Shown here: piece after piece, positions 51,544 to 61,681 of the stretch
Position numbering within the stretch: position 1 is the first letter of the stretch
Layout of the letters: every line of letters starts with the position of its first letter
Assembly (NCBI GenBank): GCA_964651815.1
Contig: CAZYWG010000003.1
Span: 52,531 to 116,530 of the forward strand
Reading direction: 5' to 3'
DNA from: an uncultured Gammaproteobacteria bacterium
Lineage (GTDB): Bacteria; Patescibacteriota; Microgenomatia; Levybacterales; GWA1-39-11
Length of the DNA stretch: 64,000 bases
Position numbers and translations under genes: made by a program
Notes under the pieces: model-generated
Seen by the model: the letters and a program-made list of their open reading frames with translations, nothing else
Databases searched by the model: none
What the model was told of the DNA's origin: nothing

Positions 51544-51761
51544 TTTTTAGGCATAATCTTATTTATAGAAAATTTATAAACCAGAAAAGTAAGAACTATG
51601 GACACGACCATTATTAATAGTGTTTGAGGCCATAGATTTACAGGTTTAAAGCAAACCATCATGCAGGGAGGGAAAAGAGCTTGGTTTACGTTAATAAGTA
51701 TTACAAAGAAAATAACAAAAACAACGAGAGCAAAAAATATTTTTATTGTAATTTTTCCCAT
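51540..51761 (-). CDS. Small two-TM membrane protein between pheS and pheT
   Basis: Two hydrophobic helices around a PPCMMVC loop; its stop overlaps the pheT start. Confidence 0.6.
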   Translation of the reverse strand: MGKITIKIFFALVVFVIFFVILINVNQALFPPCMMVCFKPVNLWPQTLLIMVVSIVLTFLVYKFSINKIMPKK

Positions 51762-51765
51762 AAGA

Positions 51766-52827
51766 TCAAAACTGCTCAAGAAAGTCTAAATTATTTGAAT
51801 ACAAAATTCTGAGATCATCAAGCTCTAAGCCTTCGCGCATCATGAGAACTCGTTCTACTCCCCAGCCGGAGGCAAAGCCCGTATATTTTGCCGGATCAAT
51901 ACCGCAAGCTTTTAGAACATTAGGGTGGACCATTCCGGCGCCTCCAATTTCAAGCCATCCTTCTTTACAAAGCCTGCATTTTTCACCGTTTATTTTGCCT
52001 GTGCCGTTGCAAACTCCGCAGGAAACGTCTGTTTCAAAAGATGGTTCCGTAAACTGAAAATGATATGGCCTTAATCTTGTTTTTCTGTTCTCGCCAAACC
52101 ACGATTTTACAAAATAATCGAGCGTTCCTTTTAAATTTGTTACGGAGATTTTTTTGTCAACTACAAGCGTCTCAAACTGGTGAAAGATTTGGGAATGGGA
52201 GACATCTGATTGCCTTCTATAGCACTTTGCAATATTTAGCATTTTAATCGGTAACTTTCCTTTTGTCATTTCCCTGATTTGGCCGCTTGATGTGTGGGGA
52301 GTTAAAATCATGGGACCCATTTTTGTATCAGGCACGGACGCGTGATCAATAAAAAATGTTTCCCAGTCGTCCCTGGCCGGGTGATTTTCCGGAAAATTCA
52401 GAGCGCCAAACGCGTACCAATCCCACTCTACTTCAGGGTGCCGGACGCGGGTAAAGCCGATACGTGAAAAAATATCCGAAATTTCTTCAATCGCCTGACT
52501 TATTAGATGTAAATGTCCAAGTGGTGGTTTTTGGCCGGGAAGAGTTATATCAAGAAATTCTTTTTTAAATGCTTCGCGTTTTACTCCCTTAAATTCAGCA
52601 ATCCTTCTTTCAAGAAGCTCCGCGACACTATTAAGAATTTCATTTGCAAGTTTTCCTATTTCAGGACGTCTGTCTTCCGGAATATTTTTGAGACCTTTTA
52701 CAAGCTCAGTTAACTTTCCTGACTTCCCCAAGAAGTTAAGCTTAATTTCGTTCAGCTCTGTCTCGTCCTCCGCCGCGATAATAAGTGAGCTTGCGTCATT
52801 TTTAAGTTTTATTAAATCTTGTTCCAT
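51766..52827 (-). CDS. pheS: Phenylalanyl-tRNA synthetase alpha subunit
   Basis: HPARD, PHTSSGQ, FHQFE, FQFTEPS, GAGMVHP, GWGVER. Confidence 0.97.
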   Translation of the reverse strand: MEQDLIKLKNDASSLIIAAEDETELNEIKLNFLGKSGKLTELVKGLKNIPEDRRPEIGKLANEILNSVAELLERRIAEFKGVKREAFKKEFLDITLPGQKPPLGHLHLISQAIEEISDIFSRIGFTRVRHPEVEWDWYAFGALNFPENHPARDDWETFFIDHASVPDTKMGPMILTPHTSSGQIREMTKGKLPIKMLNIAKCYRRQSDVSHSQIFHQFETLVVDKKISVTNLKGTLDYFVKSWFGENRKTRLRPYHFQFTEPSFETDVSCGVCNGTGKINGEKCRLCKEGWLEIGGAGMVHPNVLKACGIDPAKYTGFASGWGVERVLMMREGLELDDLRILYSNNLDFLEQF

Positions 52828-52904
52828 CAGTTAGCAACTAGCAACAATATGCCAGCTAATAGTTAGGATACCATAATTAGGCTCGATTTGAAACGAGTAT
52901 GTGG

Positions 52905-54050
52905 TTAAGCGAAGTATTCATTGATGCCCGTGATATTAGATGAGAAACAGACTCTGACATAATTTCTGCCGTTTTTGCCAAACGCGCTTCCGGGAGCGAG
53001 CAATATTTGTTGTTCTTCAAGAAGCTTCATACAATATTCTTCCGATTCAATACCTCCCGGAATTTTTGCCCAAATATATAGCCCTCCTTTTGGAAGTTTG
53101 AAATTAAGCCCCAAAACCTTAAGTTTTTCAGCAATTATGTCACGTCTTTCAACATAACTCTTAATCATTTTTCTACTCCAAGCAAGATCCGGATGTGTCA
53201 ACGCATATGCTCCGGTTTTTTGAAGCGGCATCCACATGCCAGAATCAAGTTGTGATTTTACTTTGGCAAGAGCCCCAACTACTTCAGAATTTCCAACAAG
53301 CCACCCCATACGGTCTCCTGCAAAAGAATGACTTTTTGAAAAAGATCCGAGTTCGCAAGCCACATCTATGGCTCCTGGAATTTCAAGAATACTCGGTGCG
53401 ACAAACCCGTCATACGTAATTTCAGCATACGCATTATCATAAATAATTATTATGTTGTGTTTTTTGGCAAATGACACAAAAGGTTTAAGGTTGGATAGTT
53501 TGGCAACAGCGCCAGTTGGGTTGGATGGAAAATTTACCCAGATGTAGCGAGTTTTTTTAGTGACTTTTTTTTCAAGTTCTGCCATATCCGGCATGAAGTT
53601 ATTTTTTTCGAGAAGATTATAATAAACGGGCTTTACATCAAATATTTGGGCTGGTCCTGAAAAACCAGGGTATCCGGGATCAGGAACTAAAGCCTCGTCT
53701 CCAGGATCGGCCAGCGCTAAAGGAAGGTGTGCTACTCCATCTTTTCCACCAAGAAGTGGAAGTAACTCGTTTTCTTTTAATGTCACGCCGAAGCGAGTTT
53801 TATACCAAGAAATTAAAGCATCAGAAAATTCGCCGCCAGCGCCAAACCCTGGATACAAATGGGAATCTGAATCATCTATAAATTTTTTTAATTTATCTCT
53901 GTATTTTTTGCTGGGTGGAAAATCCGGTGTACCCATGCTCATGTCAAGCACACGTCTACCAGATGTTTTTTCAACTTCACGTTTTTTCCTCCCTAGACGT
54001 GAAAAAACGTATTCTGGAAATTTATCCAATCTCTTTGCAGTACTAATCAT
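52905..54050 (-). CDS. PLP-dependent aminotransferase class I/II (LL-DAP aminotransferase-like)
   Basis: NFPSNPTG, YDNAY, SFSKSHSFAGDRMG. Confidence 0.88.
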   Translation of the reverse strand: MISTAKRLDKFPEYVFSRLGRKKREVEKTSGRRVLDMSMGTPDFPPSKKYRDKLKKFIDDSDSHLYPGFGAGGEFSDALISWYKTRFGVTLKENELLPLLGGKDGVAHLPLALADPGDEALVPDPGYPGFSGPAQIFDVKPVYYNLLEKNNFMPDMAELEKKVTKKTRYIWVNFPSNPTGAVAKLSNLKPFVSFAKKHNIIIIYDNAYAEITYDGFVAPSILEIPGAIDVACELGSFSKSHSFAGDRMGWLVGNSEVVGALAKVKSQLDSGMWMPLQKTGAYALTHPDLAWSRKMIKSYVERRDIIAEKLKVLGLNFKLPKGGLYIWAKIPGGIESEEYCMKLLEEQQILLAPGSAFGKNGRNYVRVCFSSNITGINEYFA

Positions 54051-54076
54051 TTAATTAAGAATCTTGAGGAAAAAAA

Positions 54077-54421
54077 TTACTTAACAGTTTCAACTATATT
54101 TTTGAAAGTTGCAGGGTCGTTTAGGACTAAATCAGCAAGAATTTTTCTGTCAACTTTAATGTTATTTTTGGTGAGTTTGTCAATAAAGCGGCTGTATGAG
54201 ACGCCTTCTGCTTTTGATGCGGCAGAAATTCTTGTAATCCATAGTCTTCTAAAGTCGCGCTTTTTATTCTTACGTCCAGCAAACGCGTATTCTCCTGCGT
54301 GAAGAGCGGCTTCGTGTGCTACTCTTACGAGCTTGCTTTTTGTTCCGCGGTAGCCTTTGTTAAGGCCTAATAATTTTTTATGGCGTCTTCTAGAAACTAT
54401 TCCTCTTTTAACTCTTGTCAT
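54077..54421 (-). CDS. rplT: 50S ribosomal protein L20
   Basis: MTRVKRG, KKRDFRRLWITRI, DRKILADL. Confidence 0.98.
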   Translation of the reverse strand: MTRVKRGIVSRRRHKKLLGLNKGYRGTKSKLVRVAHEAALHAGEYAFAGRKNKKRDFRRLWITRISAASKAEGVSYSRFIDKLTKNNIKVDRKILADLVLNDPATFKNIVETVK

Positions 54422-54424
54422 ATT

Positions 54425-54622
54425 TTAGACTCCTCCAATCATCTGTTTAATTTTTATTGCAAATTTACCTGTAAGCTGTCCCGGGATTTCTTTTCTCCTG
54501 AGATTGCTACCCTTATTTTTGCGCCTTTTGTGCCTCGCCATTTGATGCGCATACAAAACTTTACCCGTTGAGGTTATCTTAAATCTCTTTGCTGCTGATT
54601 TTCTTGTTTTTAACTTTGGCAT
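54425..54622 (-). CDS. rpmI: 50S ribosomal protein L35
   Basis: [21 protein letters not shown]. Confidence 0.97.
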   Translation of the reverse strand: MPKLKTRKSAAKRFKITSTGKVLYAHQMARHKRRKNKGSNLRRKEIPGQLTGKFAIKIKQMIGGV

Positions 54623-54625
54623 ATT

Positions 54626-55216
54626 TTATATATTTACACTTTCTGTACCTGCTTCATTATTTGTTTTTTGCGACTCGTGTTTTGCCCCTTTTGTCATTAC
54701 CATGACAAGTTGTCGTCCTTCCATATGCATTTCTTTTTCAACTTTTGCAATTTCTTCAAGTTGCTCAATTACCCTATTAAGTACCTTTCTTCCCAAATCC
54801 TGCTTAGTCATCTCACGCCCCCTAAACTTGACAACAAATCTTACTTTATCCCCGTCCGCAATAAACTCTTTTGCGCGTGCAAGTTTTATTCCCAAATCAT
54901 GATTGTCAATAAATGGCCCAAATTGCACTTGCTTAGTTTCCGATGCATGTGTATGCTTTTTTTCCTCCTGTTTTTTCTTTTTTAATTGGTACAAAAATTT
55001 ATTGTAGTCAATTAGTTTTACAACAGGCGGCACGGCAAGTGGCGCAACCTCAACCAAATCTAGAGATTTTTCTCCTGAGATAGCTAAAGCTTCCTGGAAA
55101 GGAATAATTCCAATCTGAACTCCTTCATCATCAAGAAGGCGGACAGTTTGTGCTCGTATCTGATGGTTAATCCTATACGATACTCTTTCTTGTTTGAATT
55201 TATTTCCTTTTCTCAA
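54626..55216 (-). CDS. infC: Translation initiation factor IF-3
   Basis: INHQIRA, LDLVEVAP..PPVVK, FRGRE. Non-ATG start (TTG, with ATA in frame just upstream). Confidence 0.96.
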   Translation of the reverse strand: MRKGNKFKQERVSYRINHQIRAQTVRLLDDEGVQIGIIPFQEALAISGEKSLDLVEVAPLAVPPVVKLIDYNKFLYQLKKKKQEEKKHTHASETKQVQFGPFIDNHDLGIKLARAKEFIADGDKVRFVVKFRGREMTKQDLGRKVLNRVIEQLEEIAKVEKEMHMEGRQLVMVMTKGAKHESQKTNNEAGTESVNI

Positions 55217-56972
55217 TATGCGCTTTTTGCTCTTTCAGAAAATCGCTCAATTTTTGTATTCCTAGGTCATTACCTTCACCGGATCTAACGGACACAAATA
55301 ACTCTCCGCCAACACCCGCCTGAGCTTTCTCTTTCTCGCCTATTATACAGGCATAGGGTATCTTTTGTAAAGTAGCCTCGCGAATTTTGGCGCCAATGGG
55401 TTTATTGGAGTCATCAATTTCTGCGCGTAGTCCTTCTTTTTTAAGCTTTTGGTAAACTTCCTGGGCATAATCCGCAACTTTTTCGGAAACCGGTAAAACA
55501 GCCACTTGGACAGGCGCAAGCCATAATGGAAACCTTCCCACAAAATGCTCGGTAAGGATTCCAATAAATCGCTCAAAAGACCCGTAAATTGCTCTGTGAA
55601 TTGTAGCAGGAGTCACTTCTACTCCATTTTGGTCAGTATATACGAGTTTAAAATTTTTGGGCTGTTGAAAATCAAGTTGTATTGTCCCGGTTTGCCATTC
55701 GCGTCCTAGAGAATCTTTCATTAAGATGTCAACTTTTGGTCCGTAAAAAGCTCCTTCCCCTTCTTCTTTAACATATTCAATGCCACTCTCGTCCAGAATT
55801 TTTTGCAATGAAGCTTCTGCTTGGTCCCAGTCTTTTTTCTCACCCATAAACTTTTCCGGGCGGGTTCCAAATCTTAACCTGTATATTAGGTCAAAAGCGG
55901 AATAAAAAATTTCTATCATTTCCATAATTTTTTCAAATTCCTCTTTCAGTTGATCCATAGCAATAAAAATATGTGCGTCGTCCTGGTGAAATTCTCGGGT
56001 TCTAAAAAGCCCATTGAGAGTGCCTGACAGTTCAAACCTGTGTAAAGCTGAGGTTTCTGAAAGACGCATTGGGAGATCCCTATAAGAACGCGTGACTAAA
56101 GAAAAAATAGTCATAGCATTTGGACAATTCATAGGTTTCACTCCAAAAGTTTCCGTCCCGGCGAGCGCGTCTTTTGAATCGCCCCGGAGAAATGACATTG
56201 GAGAGACAAACATATCGTCCCTGTAGTGGTACCAATGCCCGGAAGTCTCATATAATTCTTTTTTACTTAAAATTGGGGTTGCAACTTCTTGGTATCCAAA
56301 TTGTTTGTGGACAATACGCGAGAAATTCAACAATTCGTTGTATAAAACTAATCCTTTAGGAAGCCAATAAGGCATGCCAGGGGACGTCTCATGAAAAATG
56401 AATAACCCAAGTGCTTGTCCTAGCTTTTTGTGGTCGCGTTTTTTTGCCTCTTCAAGCATTAAAAGATAATCGTCGAGTTCGGATTTTGTAGGAAAACACG
56501 TCCCATAAATACGAGTTAACATTGCGTTTTTTTCACTCCCCCGCCAATAAGCACCCGCAACGGACAAAAGTTTAAAATGCTTTAGTTCCTCAGCAGGGTT
56601 TTCACAATGTCCCCCCTTACACAAATCCCAGTAACTACCGGATTTATAAAAGGTAACCTTTTCTACGTTTTTGGTAAATTCTTCAATTAATTCGTGTTTG
56701 TAAGGATTTCCGGGATATTCTTTCTTGGCCTCTTCTGCCGTTAGCTCGCTTTTTTCAAAACCCTTCCAAGTTTTAACCAACTCATGCATTTTATTTTCGA
56801 TTTTGGCAAAATCATCCTCTGAAATTTTTTTATCTCCAAAATCAAAGTCAAAATAAAACCCGTTTTCAATAGATGGCCCTATTGCACGTTTTGCATCAGG
56901 ATATAGTTCAATTATTGCCGCAGCAAGCAAATGCGCACACGAATGCCGTAAATTATCAAGTGATGAAGACAT
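55200..56972 (-). CDS. thrS: Threonyl-tRNA synthetase (no N-terminal TGS domain)
   Basis: RHSCAHLL, DLCKGGH, RDHKKLG, KPMNCP, AFYGPK, HRAIYGSFERF. Confidence 0.98.
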   Translation of the reverse strand: MSSSLDNLRHSCAHLLAAAIIELYPDAKRAIGPSIENGFYFDFDFGDKKISEDDFAKIENKMHELVKTWKGFEKSELTAEEAKKEYPGNPYKHELIEEFTKNVEKVTFYKSGSYWDLCKGGHCENPAEELKHFKLLSVAGAYWRGSEKNAMLTRIYGTCFPTKSELDDYLLMLEEAKKRDHKKLGQALGLFIFHETSPGMPYWLPKGLVLYNELLNFSRIVHKQFGYQEVATPILSKKELYETSGHWYHYRDDMFVSPMSFLRGDSKDALAGTETFGVKPMNCPNAMTIFSLVTRSYRDLPMRLSETSALHRFELSGTLNGLFRTREFHQDDAHIFIAMDQLKEEFEKIMEMIEIFYSAFDLIYRLRFGTRPEKFMGEKKDWDQAEASLQKILDESGIEYVKEEGEGAFYGPKVDILMKDSLGREWQTGTIQLDFQQPKNFKLVYTDQNGVEVTPATIHRAIYGSFERFIGILTEHFVGRFPLWLAPVQVAVLPVSEKVADYAQEVYQKLKKEGLRAEIDDSNKPIGAKIREATLQKIPYACIIGEKEKAQAGVGGELFVSVRSGEGNDLGIQKLSDFLKEQKAHIEKRK

Positions 56973-57007
56973 GAAGCTATTGTATCAAGCGGTAAGAGCT
57001 TTGTAAA

Positions 57008-57571
57008 TTACAAGCCTAACTCGCCCGCAATTTTCTGCATTGAGGAGAGGATTATTTCCACAAATTTTGAAAGCGGAATATTCAGTTTTTCTTCGCATAG
57101 TTTTATTACTTCACGGTCCGCGCCTTTCGCAAACGATTTTTCGCCGAAGCGTTTTAGCACAAAATCAGGCGTTATATCGGATAGTTTTTTTGACGGTGAA
57201 ATTAACGTTGCAGCAACAATAAGACCTGTCAATTGGTCGCACGTAGTAATTGCCCAATCCATAGGAGTTACGGGTGTGACTTTTGTGTTCTGAAAGTTGT
57301 GAGAATTAATGGCGTGTCCTATATCTTCTGGGAGATTTTCTTTTTCAGTTATTACCATTCCATGTCTAGTCGGATCGTCTCCGTACATTTCATAATCCGC
57401 GTCGTGTAAAAGTCCGGTTATTCCCCAGGTTTCAACCGTTTGTTCGTTTACATTCGGATCGAGATATTTACAAATACCCATCATTGCTGCTTCACACGCA
57501 AGACAATGCTTAATGAGATTTTTATTCTTAAGATACTTGTTTAAAATTTTATCTGCGTCTTCTCGTATCAT
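57008..57571 (-). CDS. HD-domain (HDIG-type) phosphohydrolase
   Basis: LIKHCLA, GLLHDAD, DQLTGLI, KSFAKG. Confidence 0.88.
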   Translation of the reverse strand: MIREDADKILNKYLKNKNLIKHCLACEAAMMGICKYLDPNVNEQTVETWGITGLLHDADYEMYGDDPTRHGMVITEKENLPEDIGHAINSHNFQNTKVTPVTPMDWAITTCDQLTGLIVAATLISPSKKLSDITPDFVLKRFGEKSFAKGADREVIKLCEEKLNIPLSKFVEIILSSMQKIAGELGL

Positions 57572-57767
57572 GGTCTAATGGTTCAATGCTTTGATTTTTC
57601 ACTTCCCTATCAGACACGCTTCCACCTATTGGAGCGTCTCTTAATGATTCCGGAATAATTGTTGATACCCTAATATTTCTTACGGTACCACCTATTTTCT
57701 TTTTTAATGAGTAGGAATCTTTAGCTACTTCAGTTAATGGTTCGAATTTTTGTCTTCTTGATGACAT
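57549..57767 (-). CDS. Hypothetical protein (72 aa)
   Basis: ATG 3 nt after the LysE stop; overlaps the HD gene start; no motif recognised. Confidence 0.45.
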   Translation of the reverse strand: MSSRRQKFEPLTEVAKDSYSLKKKIGGTVRNIRVSTIIPESLRDAPIGGSVSDREVKNQSIEPLDHDTRRRR

Positions 57768-57770
57768 ATG

Positions 57771-58400
57771 TTATTTTGAGCCTGAGAGCGCAACTTTTAT
57801 TCCTAGTCCAATTAAAACAACACCGATAAATTTCTCAGCATAATGCTGAATTTTATGAATTCTTGCTTGAATCAAATGATGGGAAAAAACGTAAGCAATT
57901 AATGCAAACCAAAGAGTTGTTACAACAGACATTTCTCCACCCATAATTAATTTTACAAAAAGCGGGGTTTTAGGGCTTATTACAAGAGTAAAAAGGCTTA
58001 AAAAGAATAAAGTTGCCTTTGGATTAAGAGCATTTGTCAGAAAGCCAATTTTGACTGCATGCCATTTTGGAATATCTATTTTTTCCACTATTCTGCTCTC
58101 ATCACGCTTGGACTGCTTTGAAGTTAACGATTTAAAGCCGATATAAATAAGATACGCGGCGCCTAAATATTTTATGAAGTTAAAAAGCAGAATTGATTTT
58201 GAAATAATGTACCCTATTCCTATTAGTGAATAAGTAACATGGACAAGTATCCCAAGGCCAAGTCCCAATGCAGAATAAATTCCGGTTTTTCTTGAATAAA
58301 TTAAGCTGTTGCGGGTTATCATCATAAAATCCGGCCCAGGGCTTACAACTGCCAAAAAATGGACTAAAGCAACTGTTAAAATGATTGATAGATAAGGCAT
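57771..58400 (-). CDS. LysE/RhtB-family amino acid exporter
   Basis: SPGPDF, GAAYLIYIG, GFLTNALNPKA. Confidence 0.93.
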   Translation of the reverse strand: MPYLSIILTVALVHFLAVVSPGPDFMMITRNSLIYSRKTGIYSALGLGLGILVHVTYSLIGIGYIISKSILLFNFIKYLGAAYLIYIGFKSLTSKQSKRDESRIVEKIDIPKWHAVKIGFLTNALNPKATLFFLSLFTLVISPKTPLFVKLIMGGEMSVVTTLWFALIAYVFSHHLIQARIHKIQHYAEKFIGVVLIGLGIKVALSGSK

Positions 58401-58467
58401 AGTTTAATTATAACATTCCGTCAGATTGTTAATTAATGATATTTCTGATAAAATTTGAACCTAACCG

Positions 58468-58541
58468 GGACCCATAGCTCAGTTGGTTAGAGCGTTACAT
58501 TGACATTGTAAAGGCCAGTGGTTCGAGTCCACTTGGGTCCA
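58468..58541 (+). tRNA. tRNA-Val(GAC)
   Basis: Acceptor stem GGACCCA/TGGGTCC, D arm GCTC..GAGC, anticodon arm TTACA-TTGACAT-TGTAA, T loop GGTTCGAGTCC; CCA not encoded. Confidence 0.95.
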
Positions 58542-59621
58542 CTAGACCAATACGATTTGCTCACAAAATTCCGCTGCTTTTACCATGTCTGAAATTTTTA
58601 CAAATTCTCTCTTTGTATGAGCTTCATAATCTCCTATTCCTACGGCAACGGCTTGAATTCCATTTGTGTGAAATATGTTGACGTCTGTCCCTCCTCCCGA
58701 TTCATGAAAGTTAGGCTTTAAATTCAATTTAGCAAAAGCTTTTTTCATTTTGTTTAAAACAGGATGTTGCTCGTCAAGTCTGTAAGGATCAAATTCCCTT
58801 TCGATTTTTAAGTCAATTTGTACTTCGGGATTTATTTTCATGACGGAATCAAATACATCTTCAAAATGCTGCGTGTGTTTTATAAGTTTTTCAATATTTC
58901 TGCTTCTTATTTCTCCTTTAAAATGAATGGTTTCTGGGACTGCGTTGCGGGCGCTTCCGCCCTCAATTAAACCTATATTTGCAGTTGTCTCTTCGTCAAT
59001 TCTCCCAAGTTTCAAACCTGAAATAATTTCGGAACCAATTTGAATAGCGGAGATTCCTTTTTCAGGTTCCGCTCCTGCGTGCGCACCTCTACCTGTTATT
59101 GTAACGTCTACTCTATTATATCCGGGTGCAGCAATGTCAACCGTTGCTACATCATCGTCTCCATCAAAGGTTACGCCTGTTTTGGCCCTTATTTTTCTAT
59201 AATCCAAATTCATAGCGCCTATCAAACCCGTTTCTTCTTGTCTTGTAATTACTACATCTATTGGAGCATGTGTTTTCTTCTTTGTCGCAAGGGATGTTAG
59301 CGCTTCGAGAATTTCAGCAATTCCAGCCTTTGGGTCTCCACCGAGAATTGTTGTTCCGTCAGAAGTTATTATGTCTCCGTCGATTTTTGGCATTATTCCT
59401 CTTCCGGGTTCAACTGTATCCATATGTGCAGAAAGCATGAAAGGGTCACCCACTCCATCAAAAAATCCGTATACATTTCCATAAAGGTCAGTATCAGTTT
59501 TTGCGCCAAGCTTTTTGAGACGAAATATCAATTCTTTAGCAATTTCATCCTCATATCCCGAAGGGCTGTCTATTTTAACGAGATCTACGAAAGTTTTTAT
59601 GAGTCGATTTTTATTAATCAT
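58542..59621 (-). CDS. M20-family metallopeptidase (peptidase T-like)
   Basis: SAHMDTV, LGGDPKAG, QEETG, GRGAHAG, GGGTD, HT. Confidence 0.92.
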   Translation of the reverse strand: MINKNRLIKTFVDLVKIDSPSGYEDEIAKELIFRLKKLGAKTDTDLYGNVYGFFDGVGDPFMLSAHMDTVEPGRGIMPKIDGDIITSDGTTILGGDPKAGIAEILEALTSLATKKKTHAPIDVVITRQEETGLIGAMNLDYRKIRAKTGVTFDGDDDVATVDIAAPGYNRVDVTITGRGAHAGAEPEKGISAIQIGSEIISGLKLGRIDEETTANIGLIEGGSARNAVPETIHFKGEIRSRNIEKLIKHTQHFEDVFDSVMKINPEVQIDLKIEREFDPYRLDEQHPVLNKMKKAFAKLNLKPNFHESGGGTDVNIFHTNGIQAVAVGIGDYEAHTKREFVKISDMVKAAEFCEQIVLV

Positions 59622-59638
59622 ACAAAATTATACTAAAA

Positions 59639-60589
59639 TTATTTTTTCTTTCTTAACAATGTAAGAAAGTGACGTTTGTGTTCTGCTTCCCTTACTATTT
59701 GAGCAATATCGATCGATTTTCCCACATCTCCTCTACCGGCTGCAAAAAGTGCCGGTCCAATTTCCGCTCTTCTTTCTCGCGAAAGCTCTTTGAGCACAGG
59801 ATAGTTTTGCACTGCATCAAAAACTTCCTGTACCTTGCCTTTGTCACCGTAAAAGTTTGTAAGTATGTTTATTACGCGAGGATCTGCGTGCATGCCAATC
59901 AAAAATGCAGCGGATTGTTCGCTAAAATCACTATCTAAAAGAAATCTCCTTATTGATTCATAAGATCTAAAATCAAGAGGTATTTCATATTTTGGAAAAC
60001 TATCAAGTTCCTCTCTGTGTTGTTCGCGAAGATCTTTGTTTACAAATTCTTGCGCCCAGCCTTCATCGTGAGTTGTAACAGCAATTGGGACAGACAAGTT
60101 AACAGCCGCGTCAATTATTTCACTTGTTCTAATTCGTTGTGTAGCAAGAGGGATTGTCCTATGTCTGCTCGAACCCATAAATAAATAGTCAAAGCTGTCA
60201 AAAAAAACGGCGACTTTCAAGCGATCAGCTGAACGTAATGCGTCAGTTACTACGCCGTATGGTACTTCTTGGTGATGTCCATCGATAAAAACATAACCCC
60301 ACCCTTCTTTTTGACAAATCTCGGAAAGTCCAAAGAGAATTGTTCCTTTACCACTTTGGGGTTCACCAATAACGTTTACTTTTCCATGTTCAAATAAAAG
60401 TTGTGCTGCTTCAACTGTTTCTTCAGGTCTCCAAACCTTCATTTCATCTCTGAGTTGGTTTGCGGTTACTTCTTTATACATTCTAGCCACAACTGACCTA
60501 TCGGGAAGGGGATTTCCTCTAAAGAATTTTATTCCATTGTAGCTTGCGGTTCTCTCATTTCTAGGAGTTCCGGTTTCATTTATAGTCAT
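59639..60589 (-). CDS. P-loop NTPase/kinase of unknown family
   Basis: Walker A GEPQSGKGT; Walker B-like AVFFDSFD. Confidence 0.7.
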   Translation of the reverse strand: MTINETGTPRNERTASYNGIKFFRGNPLPDRSVVARMYKEVTANQLRDEMKVWRPEETVEAAQLLFEHGKVNVIGEPQSGKGTILFGLSEICQKEGWGYVFIDGHHQEVPYGVVTDALRSADRLKVAVFFDSFDYLFMGSSRHRTIPLATQRIRTSEIIDAAVNLSVPIAVTTHDEGWAQEFVNKDLREQHREELDSFPKYEIPLDFRSYESIRRFLLDSDFSEQSAAFLIGMHADPRVINILTNFYGDKGKVQEVFDAVQNYPVLKELSRERRAEIGPALFAAGRGDVGKSIDIAQIVREAEHKRHFLTLLRKKK

Positions 60590-60598
60590 AATTATTGC

Positions 60599-61681
60599 CT
60601 ACATGTTTGTGGAAGTTGAAAAACTTGTTCCTTTAAAATCTTTATAGCTCGAATAATCAACATTCCACGCATCTCCCTCAGGAAGAGGGATTTTCCCATA
60701 TCCTCCAGGCACGTCAATTACAAAACGAGCTGTGGCTGCAACTCCCGAAAGTCTGGGCCGCAAACTTTTCCAAATATCAACACTCTCTTCCAGAGGCACA
60801 GTGAAATGTCTTGCCCAATACACAGGGTCATTTTGATACAGATAGTAAGGGACAATTCCCTCTTTTGCAAGCTTTGAAAACAAATCAGCCAGAATGTCAA
60901 CGGAATCATTTACTCCTTTCAAAAGTACAGATTGACTCATAACCACCGCGCCCGATTCCCTCCTGAATCGTTTTAAAACATCCTTTGTATCGTCCGTGAG
61001 TTCCGCAGGATGGTTTATGTGAACCATAAGCCTGGGGTTCTCAAGTTTTGAAACCGCCTCAAAGTGTGCCTCTTTAATTGCCTTAGGATTATGTACTGGC
61101 AAACGTGTTCCTATACGGACAATATCTAATTTTCCATCTTTTTGCATTTCTCCTAAATTGCTTAGCGCGTAGTTTAGGACGTCGGGCCGTACAGTTAATG
61201 GGTCCCCGCCGGATAAAATTACCTCGTTTAATCCAGGCTCTTGTCTTATAAAGGAAAGTGTGGTGTCCATGTCCTCTTTGGTCAAACTAGGATTGTGGGC
61301 AAGAAAACCGCTACCTTGGCCGTCATGTCCTTTTGCAATACCCACTTCTCTACCTCTTGTGCAGAATCTGCAATATGCTGCACAGCCACGAGTAATAGTC
61401 CATAAAGCTCTTCCATTATCTTTTCCACTTGCTGTATATTTATAGACTAATCCTGGAGCTACTTCGTGTTCGTCTTCCATCAGAGGGTCGCTCGATTCCA
61501 TATCATATTTGGCACTTTCTAATTCGGGCTGTGCCACAAACTGAATTCCTATTGGTCCTCTAACCCCACCGGTTGATGCAATAAGGCTCTGAAGGTGTAC
61601 AGGAATTACCTCCGGTAGTCCACCGGATGGAAGAGTGACATCTGCCCCTCTTGGTACGAATGGCCGTGTTTCGCTGCTCAT
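60599..61681 (-). CDS. KamA-family radical SAM/PLP 2,3-aminomutase
   Basis: CAAYCRFCTR (CxxxCxxC), ILSGGDPL, RIGTR, HINHPAE, QSVLLKGVND, PYYLYQND, VIDVPGGYGK. Confidence 0.93.
   Translation of the reverse strand: MSSETRPFVPRGADVTLPSGGLPEVIPVHLQSLIASTGGVRGPIGIQFVAQPELESAKYDMESSDPLMEDEHEVAPGLVYKYTASGKDNGRALWTITRGCAAYCRFCTRGREVGIAKGHDGQGSGFLAHNPSLTKEDMDTTLSFIRQEPGLNEVILSGGDPLTVRPDVLNYALSNLGEMQKDGKLDIVRIGTRLPVHNPKAIKEAHFEAVSKLENPRLMVHINHPAELTDDTKDVLKRFRRESGAVVMSQSVLLKGVNDSVDILADLFSKLAKEGIVPYYLYQNDPVYWARHFTVPLEESVDIWKSLRPRLSGVAATARFVIDVPGGYGKIPLPEGDAWNVDYSSYKDFKGTSFSTSTNM

Noticed and set aside
60599-61681. EpmB for EF-P beta-lysylation, or lysine fermentation KamA
   Set aside because: The EF-P here has Arg at the site, no epmA or kamDE is adjacent, and the gene is coupled to an ATP-grasp-like gene instead.
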